Assembly: GCA_963697565.1 (NCBI GenBank)
Contig: CAVOOM010000008.1
Location: 304,423-368,422, forward strand
Direction of reading: 5' to 3'
DNA from: an uncultured Actinomycetota bacterium
Lineage (GTDB): Bacteria; Actinomycetota; Actinomycetes; CAVWCF01
DNA length: 64,000 nt
The notes under the pieces were generated by a model, which worked only from the letters and a program-made list of their open reading frames with translations, was not told the DNA's origin and made no database searches. How positions within the stretch are numbered: position 1 is the first letter of the stretch; each line of letters begins with the position of its first letter. Position numbers and translations under genes: made by a program. This document shows positions 18,309 to 27,996 of this stretch, piece after piece.

Positions 18309-20039
18309 GTGGCCGAGGACGCGGGGCAGGACGTGTGGTGGCGCGACGCCGTCGTCTACCAGGTGTATCCGCGCAGCTTCGCCGACGGCGACGGCGACGG
18401 CGTCGGGGACCTCGCCGGACTGGCGAGCCGGCTGGACCACCTCGCCTGGCTGGGCGTCGACGTGATCTGGCTGTCACCGGTCTACCCCTCGCCGCAGGAC
18501 GACAACGGCTACGACATCAGCGACTACCAGGACATCGATCCGGCCTTCGGGACCCTGGCGGAGTTCGACGCCCTGCTGGCGGCTATCCACGACCGGGGGA
18601 TGCGGCTCGTCATGGACCTCGTGGTCAACCACACCTCCGACGAGCACCCGTGGTTCACGGCTGCCCGCTCGTCGCCCGACAGCCCGTACCGCGACTGGTA
18701 TTGGTGGCGGCCGCCGCGGCCCGGCTTCGCGGCCGGCGAGCCGGGCGCCGAGCCGACCAACTGGGAGTCGGTCTTCTCCGGCCCGGCCTGGGAGCTCGAC
18801 GAGGCCTCCGGCGAGTACTACCTGCACCTGTTCTCCCGCAAGCAGCCGGACCTGAACTGGGAGAACCCGCAGGTGCGCGCAGCGATCCACTCGATGATGC
18901 GCTGGTGGCTGGACCGGGGGGTGGACGGCTTCCGGATGGATGTCATCAACTTCATCTCCAAGGACCCGGCGCTACCTGACGGCGTGGTGGCGACCGGGGC
19001 GCGGTACGGCGACGGGTCGCCGGCGTTCCTGAACGGGCCGCGGATCCACGAGTACCTCGCCGAGATCCATCGCGAGGTGCTTCGCCGGCCGACCGCAGGC
19101 GGTGCTCACCGTCGGCGAGATGCCGGGGGTCACGGTGGAGGAAGCCCGGCTGTTCACCGACCCGGCCCGGGCCGAGGTGGACATGGTCTTCCAGTTCGAG
19201 CACACGTCCCTCGACCAGGGCGACGACCAAGTGGGACGTGCGGCCGTTTGTGTTGCAGGACCTCAAGAAGTCGCTCGGACGCTGGCAGGACGGCCTGGCC
19301 GAGGTCGGGTGGAACAGCCTCTACTGGGGCAACCACGACCAGCCGCGCGTGGTCTCCCGCTACGGCGACGACGGCGAGCACCGCACGCGATCGGCCAAGG
19401 CGCTCGCCACCCTCCTGCACCTGCACCGGGGCACGCCGTACGTGTACCAGGGCGAAGAGATCGGCATGCGCAACGCGACCTTCGCGGGGATCGAGGACTT
19501 CCGCGACCTGGAGTCGCTCAACCACTACGCCGAGGCCGTGGGCCGTGGCGAGGACCCCGACGCGGTGCTCGCGGCCCTGCGGTTGATGAGCCGCGACAAC
19601 GCGCGGACCCCCATCCCGTGGGATGCCAGCGAGCGGCGCGGGCTTCACGACGGGGACGCCGTGGATCGGCATCAACCCCGACTACGCAGAGGTCAACGTC
19701 GCGGCCGAGCGCGCCGACGAGGGGTCGGTCCTGCACCACTACCGGCGGCTGATCGCGTTGCGGCATCAGGAGCCGGCGGTCGTGCACGGCGACTTCACGA
19801 TGCTGATGCCTGACGACGAGCAGGTGTACGCGTTCACCCGCCGGCACGGCGACGTGGAGCTGCTGGTGCTCGTGAACGTGTCCGGCGCCGAGGCGGCAGT
19901 CGAGATCCCCGACCTGGAGGACTGGTCGCGCTCGGACCTGCTCCTCGGCACGGTCCCTGACGCGGGTGGGCCGGCCTGGCCGGCGCTGCTGCGCCCTTGG
20001 GAGGCCAGGGTCCACCGCCGCCGCGTCGCCGGCCGCTGA
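18309..20039 (+). pseudogene. GH13 alpha-glucosidase / oligo-1,6-glucosidase family, three successive +1 frameshifts
   Basis: WWRDAVVYQVYPRSFADGDGDGVGDLAGL..DHLAWLGVDVIWLSPVY, DLVVNHTSDEHPWF, GVDGFRMDVINFISK. The sequence then continues in frame +1 (LTVGEMPGVTVEEAR..VFQFEH), frame +2 (WGNHDQPRVVSRYG...PYVYQGEEIGM) and frame +3 (AGFTTGTPWIGINPDY...RRLIALR). Frame changes fall near 19090, 19235 and 19640. The GTG start at 18309 is inferred. Confidence 0.75.
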
Positions 20040-20103
20040 GGCCGGGCCGTACCCCCTGGGGTATCCTCGCGTGGTCGATTCCCCGATCTCGCCCGGAGGA
20101 CCC

Positions 20104-20505
20104 ATGTCGGACAACGCCGGAGCGCTCAGCGCCACCCTTGAGCTGCCCTTCGAGGAGGCCGTCGACGCCGTTCGCGCCGCCCTGGCGGAGCAGGGGTTCG
20201 GCGTCCTCACCGAGATCGATGTGCGCGCCACGATGAAGGCCAAGCTCGACGTCGACCTCCCCGCGTACACGATCCTCGGGGCGTGCAATCCGCCGCTGGC
20301 CTACCGGGGCCTGACGATCGACCCCTCGCTGGGGCTGCTGCTGCCGTGCAACGTCGTCGTCCGCGAGGTGGCCGGCGCCTGCCAGGTGGACGCGGTCGAC
20401 CCCGCGCTGATGGTCGACTTCGTCGGCAGCGCCGAGATGCAGCCGGTGGCGGCTGAGGCGACCACCCGGCTGCGCGCGGTGATCGAGGCACTGGCCAGCC
20501 GCTGA
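20104..20505 (+). CDS. DUF302 domain-containing protein
   Basis: 133 aa from the internal ATG: LELPFEEAVDAVRAALAEQGFGVLTEIDVRATMKAKLDVDLPAYTILGACNPPLAY...LLPCNVVV, the typical DUF302 pattern. Confidence 0.75.
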   Translation: MSDNAGALSATLELPFEEAVDAVRAALAEQGFGVLTEIDVRATMKAKLDVDLPAYTILGACNPPLAYRGLTIDPSLGLLLPCNVVVREVAGACQVDAVDPALMVDFVGSAEMQPVAAEATTRLRAVIEALASR

Positions 20506-20512
20506 CTCCTCT

Positions 20513-20532
20513 AAGTTAGGTATGCCTAACTT
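20513..20532. promoter_or_regulatory. DtxR/IdeR-type iron box candidate (8-4-8 perfect inverted repeat AAGTTAGG-TATG-CCTAACTT)
   Basis: Read directly, 21-40 nt upstream of the feoA ATG. The 19-mer TTAGGTATGCCTAACTTGG matches about 14 of 19 positions of the corynebacterial/mycobacterial consensus TTAGGTTAGCCTAACCTAA, as I recall it. A TANNNT hexamer (TACGGT, 20541-20546) sits 6 nt before the ATG. Confidence 0.45.
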
Positions 20533-20552
20533 GGCGCTGGTACGGTTGCGGC

Positions 20553-20813
20553 ATGCGTCTCGGTGATGTGCGGCCCGGGGGTTTCGCCGTGCTCGAGGCC
20601 CCGGATGTCCCCACCTCGATGGCCCGCCGGCTCGCCGAGCTGGGTGTGCGCGCCGGGGAGCGGGTCCAGGTGATGCACCGCACCGCCGGGGGAGGCCGGC
20701 TGCTGGCGGTGGGTGACACCCGCATCGCGGTCGACCGGCAGACCGCTCGTTCCATCCCGGTGCGCCCGGCCGAGGCCGACGCCGCGAACCCGGCCGAGGC
20801 GGGCTCTTCATGA
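20553..20813 (+). CDS. feoA: ferrous iron transport protein A (FeoA)
   Basis: 86 aa, SH3-like FeoA pattern: LAELGVRAGERVQVMHRTAGGGRLLAVGDTRIAVDRQTA. The stop overlaps the feoB start (ATGA). Confidence 0.8.
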   Translation: MRLGDVRPGGFAVLEAPDVPTSMARRLAELGVRAGERVQVMHRTAGGGRLLAVGDTRIAVDRQTARSIPVRPAEADAANPAEAGSS

Positions 20814-22776
20814 GCGCGCCCGCGGACCGCCCGGCCGCCCGGCCTGCTCGATCCGTTCCCTCATGCCACAGCGAGGCCACCGCGTGGGTAGGCAGCGAGG
20901 ACGCGCCGGTGGTGGCCCTTGTCGGCAGCCCCAATGTGGGCAAGTCGACCCTCTACAACGCGGTCACGGGCTTGCGGCGCGATGTGGGCAACTGGCCCGG
21001 CACCACCGTTGCGGTGGGCCGTGGCGTCCTGCGACTGCCGAGCGGCGATGCGGCGCTGCTGGACCTGCCCGGGGCGTACAGCCTCGATCCGCTCTCCCCG
21101 GATGAGGAGCTCACCAGGGCACTGCTCGTGGACCAGGCCGCGGACGAGCGCCCCGACGTCGTCGTCGTCACGGTATCGGCCGCGCACCTGTCCCGCGGCC
21201 TCTACCTGCTCGCGCAACTGCGCGAGACGGACGGCCGACTCGTGCTGGTCGTCACCATGTCCGACATCGCCGCAAGGCGCGGGCTGAGCGTCGACGTGGA
21301 CGCCCTGGCCGCTACCGTCGGAGTCCCGGTACTCGCCATCGATCCGCGCCGCGGCGAGGGTGTGCAGGGCCTCGCCGATGTGGTCGATCGTGTCCTCCAC
21401 GACCCGCGGCCGACGCCCCGCGCGGCCTGCGGGGGCGACGACCCGCTGGTCGTGGCCGATGACCGGTTCACCTGGATCTCGACGGCCGTTGACGCCTCCG
21501 TGCGGCGCGCCGCCGTCGGACGTACGACGTGGTCGGACCGCTTCGACCGGGTGGTCACGGCGCCGTTCAGCGGGGCCGCGGTCTTCTTGGCGGTGATGTG
21601 GGCGGTCTTCCAGCTCACGACGACCGTGGCGGCGCCGCTGCAGGGGGCCCTCGACGCCCTGGTCACCGGGCCGATCTCGGCGGCGGCGACCGGGCTGCTG
21701 GATGCGGTCGGGCTTGGGGACACCTGGGTCACCGGCCTGGTGGTCGACGGCCTGATCGCCGGCGTCGGCATGCTGCTGACCTTCGTGCCGCTGATGGCCA
21801 TCATGTTCGCGCTGCTGTCGCTGCTGGAGGACTCCGGCTACATGGCCCGGGCGGCCGTCGTCACCGACCGCCTGATGCGGCGGATCGGCCTGCCGGGCCG
21901 CGCGTTCCTCCCGCTGGTGGTGGGCTTCGGCTGCAACGTGCCGGCGATCAGCGGCACGCGGGTGCTGCCCGACGCCCGCCACCGGCTGCTCACCGCGTTG
22001 CTCGTCCCCTTCACCTCGTGCAGCGCGCGCCTCACGGTGTACGTGCTGGTGGCCACGACCTTCTTCGGCTCCAACGCCGGCACCGTCGTCTTCGCCATGT
22101 ACGTGCTGTCCATCGTGCTCGTGGTGTTCGTTGGGCTGGCGATGCGTTCGACCCTGCTGCGGGCCATGGGCGACACCCCGCTGGTGCTGGACCTGCCGCC
22201 GTACCAGCTGCCGCTCCCCGGTTGATCTGGGCCAGCACCTGGAGCCGGCTGCAGGGGTTCCTTCGCACGGCCAGCGGGATCATCGTGGCCACGGTCGTGG
22301 TCGTGTGGGCGCTCAGCGCGACGCCGGCACCGTCAGCCCAGGGCTCGTTCGGCGACGTCCCGGTGCAAGACAGCGTGTACGCATCCGTGGCCCAGACCGT
22401 CGCCCCGGTCTTCGACCCCGCCGGCTTCGGTGAGTGGGAGACCGCCAGCGCCCTCATGGTGGGCTTCGTCGCGAAGGAGGCGGTGATCTCGTCGTGGGCG
22501 CAGACGTACGCCACGGCGGAGCCCGCCGACGCGTCCGAGCCGGGCTCGCTCGGCGATGCCCTCATCGCGAGTTTCGAGGAGTCGTCCGGGGGTGACCCGA
22601 TCCCGGCGGTGCTGGCCTTCATGGTCTTCCTGCTCGCCTACACCCCCTGCGTGGCCACGTTGGCCGCGCAGAAGCGCGAGATCGGCCTGCGCTGGACGGT
22701 GTTCGGGGTGGGGATGCAGTTGGTGCTGGCCTGGACCCTGGCGGTGGCGGTCTTCCAGGTCGGGCGGCTGCTGTGA
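20810..22776 (+). pseudogene. feoB: ferrous iron transporter FeoB, one frameshift near 22217
   Basis: G-domain VALVGSPNVGKSTLYNAVTG...GNWPGTTV...LLDLPGAYSL, then the membrane domain. At ...DLPPYQLPLP the sequence has CCCC where CCCCC would continue as RLIWASTWSRLQGFL...AYTPCVATLAAQKREIG (ORF 21529..22776 frame). Confidence 0.85.
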
Positions 22777-23084
22777 TGTCGACGTCGTCGCCGCTGACCG
22801 CGGTGCTGCACGCCTTCGAGGCGGGCTGCGGCACCCTCGACGAGGTGGCCCGGTCTTCCTCGTTGGATCGTGATGTCGTCGGCGCCGCAGTGGAGCACCT
22901 GGTGCGACTCGGCCGACTGAACGCCGGCGTGCTCGCGGTGGGCTGCCCGGACGGCGGGTGCGGCTCGTGCGCCACGGGGGTCGGCGATGCCCCCGGCTGC
23001 GGGTCCGCCGGGCCGTCGGCGACCCGGTCGGGTCCGGTCTTGGTGGCCCTGACGTTGACCAGGCCGGTCGAGTCGCGGGATTAG
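22773..23084 (+). CDS. FeoC-like small protein (winged-helix N-terminus plus Cx4Cx2Cx9C cluster)
   Basis: 103 aa, with its start overlapping the feoB stop. The N-terminus LTAVLHAFEAGCGTLDEVARSSSLDRDVVGAAVEHLVRLGRL is wHTH-like. It is followed by CPDGGCGSCATGVGDAPGC, whose spacing resembles the Fe-S-binding Cys wing of enterobacterial FeoC. Confidence 0.5.
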   Translation: MMSTSSPLTAVLHAFEAGCGTLDEVARSSSLDRDVVGAAVEHLVRLGRLNAGVLAVGCPDGGCGSCATGVGDAPGCGSAGPSATRSGPVLVALTLTRPVESRD

Positions 23085-23128
23085 CGCAGCCGGGGGCTGT
23101 GCAGTTATCCCCAGTGAGCGAAGAACTC

Positions 23129-23156
23129 TTGACGCGGCATGGGCTTGCCATAGGAT
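23129..23156 (+). promoter_or_regulatory. sigma-70/SigA-like promoter TTGACG-16 nt-TAGGAT, predicted leaderless transcript for the DUF222/HNH gene
   Basis: Read directly: -35 TTGACG at 23129-23134, a 16-nt spacer, and -10 TAGGAT at 23151-23156, then 7 nt to the ATG at 23164. Confidence 0.45.
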
Positions 23157-23163
23157 CGAACAC

Positions 23164-24761
23164 ATGTTCGAACGTGTGGCGGGGCCGGATCTGGGCCCCG
23201 CGCTGGCCGGGTTCGACGTCCGCGCCGCCGACGGCGAGGCGCTGGTCGAGGCGTTGGCGGCCTCCCAGCGGCTGGTGTCGTGGGCGCAGGCCCGCCAGGC
23301 GGAGCTGGTCGCCGAGGTCGCCCGCCGGGTGCCGGAGGCGGGCGGCGCGGCTGGTTGCGCGGGGCCCTACGAGGTGGCGGAGTTCGAGGTCGGCGCGGCG
23401 CTGACGGCTGGTCGTCGCGGGCGGCGCAGGCCCGCGTCGACGACTGCCTGGCGATCACGGAGCGCCCGGCGGTGCTGGCGGCGCTGCGCGAGGGCCGGGT
23501 CGACTGGGTGCGGGCGGAGGCGGTCGCCTCGGCGGTGGGCGAGCTGGCGGCGCGGCCGGGGATGGCGCAGGCGGCCGACGCGGTGGAGGCCGCAGGCGTT
23601 GGAGCGGGCGGCCGGGGCAGACCGCGCCGCAGCTGCGGGCCGCGGCTGGCCCGGCTGGTGCAGAAGGCGGACCCGGCCGGGGCGGACGCCCGGCTACGCG
23701 GCGGCCCGCAGGGAGCGGCGCGTGTGGGTCAGCCCGCTCGAGGACGGGATGGCCGAGCTGCGGGCGCTGCTGGCCGCCCCGGACGCGCATGCGCGTGTAC
23801 GCCGCGCTTGGTGAGGCCGGCTGGGCGGCCCGCTGCGCCGGGCGCGATGCCCGCCGCGAGGCGGACGCGCGGGCCGCGCAGGGCGGGGAGCCGCCGGTGG
23901 ACCCGGGGCCGCTGCCGACGCTGGACCAGTGTCGCGCCGACGCCCTGGTACAGACCTGCCTGCGGGGCGCTGGGCGGACCGGTCTGCCGAGGCCGAGTCG
24001 GCAGCTGGGCTCGGCGCCTCGGCGAACGGGGGATGGCGTTGCCGGGGCTGGGGTGGCTCCCCGCCCCGGAGGGGCCCGCCCCCCGGGAGCCCCCACCGGC
24101 ACCGGCCCGGTCCCGCGCGGGCAGCGCCCGCAGATCCTGGTGACCGTCCCCGCCGGGACGCTGCTCGGCCTGGGCGGGGAGCCGGCGCACCTCGCCGGGT
24201 ACGGGCCGATCCCCGACAGACATGGCCCGCGAGCTCGCCCAGGACGGCACCTGGCGGCGGGTGCTGACCGACCCGGAGACGGGCGCGGTCCTCGACGTCG
24301 GTAGGCGGCAGCACGACCCGCCCGCCGACCTCGGGCGGTTCGTCCGGGTCAGCGACGCGATGTGCCGGTTCCCCGGCTGCCGAAGGCAGGCCGCCGGCTG
24401 CGACCTCGACCACACCGTCCCGTACCCAGATGGGGGAGACCAGTCCGCGGCGAACCTGCACGCCCTGTGCCGCCGCCACCACCGCCTCAAGCACGAGACC
24501 GGCTGGCAGGTCACCGCCCAGCCCGGCAACCGGCTGGGGTGGACCAGCCCCCTCGGAGCCGTCTACACCACCGACCCGCCGGACCCCGGCGGCGAGGCCT
24601 GCACCCAGACCCGGACCTGGTGCCCCGTGGAGCCCGCCGCCGCCGAGGCCGGCGACCCGGATGGGGAGTGGCTGGCCGACCTCGCCCTCGCCGACGCCCT
24701 GGCCCGGGCCGACGACGACGCCGACGACGCCTCCGACGCCGGGCCCGACTGGGCGGCCTGA
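23164..24761 (+). pseudogene. DUF222 / HNH endonuclease family protein (REP13E12-like), at least 6 frameshifts
   Basis: The N-terminus MFERVAGPDLGPALAGFDV...LVSWAQARQAELVAEVARR is a typical DUF222 opening. Pieces in the other frames include SSRAAQARVDDCLAITERPAVLAALREGRVDWVRAEAV, RLVQKADPAGADARL, ARRERRVWVSPLEDGMAELRALL, LPTLDQCRADALV and PQILVTVPAGTLLGLGGEPAHLAGYGPIP. The intact HNH end reads CRFPGCRRQAAGCDLDHTVPYPDGGDQSAANLHALCRRHHRLKH. Confidence 0.75.
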
Positions 24762-24826
24762 GCCATCGGTTGGCGGGTCGCGCATCCCGGTAGCGTCGAC
24801 CAACCAGCCGAGGAAGGGATGCTCCG

Positions 24827-25177
24827 ATGACGGAACGCACGGGCCCCACGATGACCGACCTCGCCGATGTGGCTGCGCTGGTCGAGGTGGCGGCCGACAG
24901 CACCGTCTCCCGCACCGTGCTGAAGGCGTCCGGCGCGCGGTTGGTGCTGTTCGCGTTCGACTCAGGGCAGGAGCTCACCGAGCACACCGCGGCCATGCCG
25001 GTGTTGCTTCAGGTGCTGGATGGCCGGCTCCGGGTGACCGCAGACGGCCGCGACGTGCTGCTGGCGCCCGGGGGAGTGGTGCACCTCGAGGCGCGTGTGC
25101 CGCATTCGGTGCTGGCCCTCCAGCCGAGCCGCCTGCTGCTCACCATGCTGGATCCGCGAGTCACGCCACAGCCGTAG
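24827..25177 (+). CDS. cupin domain-containing protein
   Basis: 116 aa: LVLFAFDSGQELTEHTAAMPVLLQVLDGRLRVTADGRDVLLAPGGVVHLEARVPHSV is a two-motif cupin pattern. Confidence 0.65.
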   Translation: MTERTGPTMTDLADVAALVEVAADSTVSRTVLKASGARLVLFAFDSGQELTEHTAAMPVLLQVLDGRLRVTADGRDVLLAPGGVVHLEARVPHSVLALQPSRLLLTMLDPRVTPQP

Positions 25178-26396
25178 GGCACTCGCCAGCCCGCCGTCCG
25201 GCGTCGAGCGCCTGCTCCAGGTCGGCGATCAGGTCGGCTGCGTCTTCCAGCCCCACGGAGAGCCGAAGCAGGGACTGCGGCGGCCTCGCGGATGCCTCGA
25301 CGGGACGGTGGGTGAGCGAGGCGGGGTGCTGGAGCAGGCTGTCCACGCCGCCGAGCGAGACCGCGTGCGTGATCAGCCGCAGCGTCTGCGCGGTGGCGCG
25401 CGCGGCGTCGAACCCGCCCCGCAACTCGAAGGCGAGCAGGCTCCCCGGGCCGGCCATCTGGCGGCCGATCAGCCCCAGCGGATCAGCGCCCGGGAGGCTC
25501 GGGTGGTGGACGGCGGCGATCGACGAGTGGCCGCTGAGGTGCGCCGCGAGCGCGGTGGCCGTGCGTTGCTGGGCCTCGACCCGCAGCGGCAGCGTGGGTA
25601 GCCCGCGCAGCAGCAGGTACGCGCCCAGCGGGTGCAGCACGGCCCCGGTCACGGCGCGCACGGTGCGCAGCCGGGCCGCCCATTCGTCCCCGCAGGCGAT
25701 GACCCCGCCAACCACGTCCCCGTGGCCGCCGAGGAACTTCGTCGCGCTGTGCACAACCAGCGCGGCACCGTGGCGGGCGGGCTGCTGCAGCACGGGTGTG
25801 GCGAACGTCGAGTCCACCATCACGGGTACGCGTCCGGCCTGCCGTACGACGTCGTCGAGGTCGAGCAGTTGAAGGTTGGGGTTGGCCGGCGACTCGCAGA
25901 TGACCAGCCCGGTGTCCGGCTCGAGCGCATCGGCGATGGCGTCCGGGCCGGCCCAGGTGATCCGGGTGCCGAGCAGTCCGGTCGCCAGCAGGTGGTCCGT
26001 GCCGCCGTACAGCGGTCGGACGGCGACGATGTGCGGGGTGCCGGCGTGCACGCAGGAGATCAGGGCGGCCGAGATCGCCGCCATGCCGCTGCCGAAGGCC
26101 ACCGCGTGCGGCGTTCCCTCTAGCGCCGCGAGGGCCTCCTCGAAGCGGGCCACCGTGGGATTCCAGAGCCTGGCGTAGACCGGGCCCCCGGCGGTCGGCT
26201 CGCCACCGCGCGCCATCGACTCATACGAGTCCCCGGCCGCGTCGACGTCGGTGAGCGGGTACGTGGTGGACAGGTCGAGCGGGGGCGCGTGCACCCCCAG
26301 CCCGGCGAGATCGAGCCGACCGGCGTGCACCGCTCGGGTGCGTTGCCCCCAGCCGGACGCGGGCTCAGTCGTCAACTGCGGGATCGTGGGCTCCAT
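25161..26396 (-). CDS. PLP-dependent Cys/Met-metabolism enzyme (methionine gamma-lyase / cystathionine gamma-synthase family)
   Basis: 411 aa: YARLWNPTV, AFGSGMAAISAAL, VVHSATKFLGGHGD (PLP-Lys motif), SLGGVDSLLQHPASLTH, LLRLSVGLEDAADLIADL. A divergent Lrp regulator lies upstream. Confidence 0.8.
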   Translation of the reverse strand: MEPTIPQLTTEPASGWGQRTRAVHAGRLDLAGLGVHAPPLDLSTTYPLTDVDAAGDSYESMARGGEPTAGGPVYARLWNPTVARFEEALAALEGTPHAVAFGSGMAAISAALISCVHAGTPHIVAVRPLYGGTDHLLATGLLGTRITWAGPDAIADALEPDTGLVICESPANPNLQLLDLDDVVRQAGRVPVMVDSTFATPVLQQPARHGAALVVHSATKFLGGHGDVVGGVIACGDEWAARLRTVRAVTGAVLHPLGAYLLLRGLPTLPLRVEAQQRTATALAAHLSGHSSIAAVHHPSLPGADPLGLIGRQMAGPGSLLAFELRGGFDAARATAQTLRLITHAVSLGGVDSLLQHPASLTHRPVEASARPPQSLLRLSVGLEDAADLIADLEQALDAGRRAGECPTAVA

Positions 26397-26506
26397 GCGC
26401 CCAGGATGAGCGATAGTGCTGGCAAGTGGGTGTTTGGTCGAATATTCTGCGGAACTGGCTCGATCTGACGTCCGCTCGCCGAACGACCGACCGCACGGAG
26501 CGCCCC

Positions 26507-26992
26507 ATGCCGAAGCATCAACAGCAGGCCGCCGGCCTCGACGACGTCGACCTCGCGCTGCTGGCCGCGCTTCGCGTCGACGGGCGCACGCCCAACGCCG
26601 ACCTCGCCGCCGCCGCGGGGGTGGCCCCCTCCACCGCCCTGCTGCGGGTTCGGGCGCTGCGCCGGCGGGGGGTCATCCGCGGCATCCATGCCGACATCGA
26701 CCCAACGGCGGTCGGCCGCCCGCTGCAGGCGCTGATCGCGGTGCGGCTGCACGGCCACACCCACACGCACGTCGACGCGTTCCGAGCGCTCGCGCCGACC
26801 CTGCCGGGCGTCCTGCAGGTGTTCCACATGGCCGGCCAGGATGACTACCTCATCCATGTCGCGGCCGAGTCCTCCGATGCGCTCCGGGCGGTCATCCTGG
26901 ACCGCATCACGAGCCACCCCGCCGTACGCGGGACGCAGACCCAGCTGGTCTTCGAGCACCTTCCGGGGGAAGGGCTGCTCACCACTGGGTGA
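26507..26992 (+). CDS. Lrp/AsnC family transcriptional regulator
   Basis: From the internal ATG: LDDVDLALLAALRVDGRTPNADLAAAAGVAPSTALLRVRALRRRGVIRG (HTH), followed by an AsnC-type ligand domain. Confidence 0.8.
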   Translation: MPKHQQQAAGLDDVDLALLAALRVDGRTPNADLAAAAGVAPSTALLRVRALRRRGVIRGIHADIDPTAVGRPLQALIAVRLHGHTHTHVDAFRALAPTLPGVLQVFHMAGQDDYLIHVAAESSDALRAVILDRITSHPAVRGTQTQLVFEHLPGEGLLTTG

Positions 26993-27071
26993 GCAGAGGT
27001 GGCGGCGGCATACCCCATGGGGTATCGTTGGCCATCGTTCGCGCCACCCCCGACCTCGTGGAGGACCTCGC

Positions 27072-27188
27072 ATGTGCAGCCCGGCCCTGTGCTACCAGTG
27101 CAACAAGGTGACCTACTCCGGGTGCGGCATGCACGTCGACCAGGTCCTCCGCAGCGTGCCGGCCGAGCGTCGCTGCACCTGCCGGTAG
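27072..27188 (+). CDS. small Cys-rich protein (38 aa, 6 Cys), function unknown
   Basis: MCSPALCYQCNKVTYSGCGMHVDQVLRSVPAERRCTCR, preceded by a GGAGGA RBS 6 nt upstream. I recall similar short Cys-rich ORFs in other actinobacteria but cannot confirm this here. Confidence 0.45.
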   Translation: MCSPALCYQCNKVTYSGCGMHVDQVLRSVPAERRCTCR

Positions 27189-27225
27189 GCGCCCGCGGCG
27201 GCACGGCGCGTGGCAGGCTCGCCGC

Positions 27226-27981
27226 ATGCGCGCCCTGGTTCGCCGCCCAAGCCCTCTGCTCGCCGACTGCGAGCTGACCCACCTCCAGCGCCAGCCGATC
27301 GATGCGGCCCGCGCGCGGGCGGAGCACGAGGCGTACGTGGCCCTGCTGGCCTCGCTGGGGGCTGAGCCGGTCTGGGTCGAGGACGCCCCTGAGCACCCGG
27401 ACGGGGTGTTCGTGGAGGACGTGGCCGTGATGGCCGGCCCGCTCGCCGTGCTCGCGCGGCCGGGCGCCGAGAGCCGACGCGGTGAGGTCGCCACGATGCG
27501 CGCGGCGTTGCGGCGACTCGGGGTTCCCACCGCCGAGCTCGCTGCGCCGGCGCACCTCGACGGCGGCGACGTCCTGCGGATCGACCGCACCTTCTACGTG
27601 GGCGACACGGCGCGCACCGATGCGGCCGGCCGGGCGGCGTTCGCCGCTGCGGTCGCCCCGCACGGGTTCGACGTGGTGGCGGTGCGTGTCAGCGGCGTGC
27701 TGCACCTGAAGTCCGGCGCCACCGCGCTTCCCGACGGCACGCTCGTGGTGTGGCCGGGCAGCGTGGATCTCGCGGCGTTCGGCGGGCGTGAGGTGCTTGA
27801 GGCGGCCGAGCCGCAGGGCGCCGACGTGCTGCTCGTGGGGGATGCCGTCGTCGTCTCCGCCGCGGCGCCGCGCACCGCCGAGGCCATCGCGGCGCGGGGG
27901 TTCGCGGTGCACCGCATCGACGTCGCCGAGCTGGAGAAGGCCGAGGCCGGCACCACCTGCATGAGCGTGTTGCTGCCCTAG
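27226..27981 (+). CDS. dimethylarginine dimethylaminohydrolase (DDAH) / amidinotransferase-fold family protein
   Basis: 251 aa: DGVFVEDVAVM, HLDGGDVLRI, GVLHLKS, and a C-terminal catalytic-Cys motif EAGTTCMSVLL. Confidence 0.7.
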   Translation: MRALVRRPSPLLADCELTHLQRQPIDAARARAEHEAYVALLASLGAEPVWVEDAPEHPDGVFVEDVAVMAGPLAVLARPGAESRRGEVATMRAALRRLGVPTAELAAPAHLDGGDVLRIDRTFYVGDTARTDAAGRAAFAAAVAPHGFDVVAVRVSGVLHLKSGATALPDGTLVVWPGSVDLAAFGGREVLEAAEPQGADVLLVGDAVVVSAAAPRTAEAIAARGFAVHRIDVAELEKAEAGTTCMSVLLP

Positions 27982-27996
27982 GCGCCTCAGGCCTGC

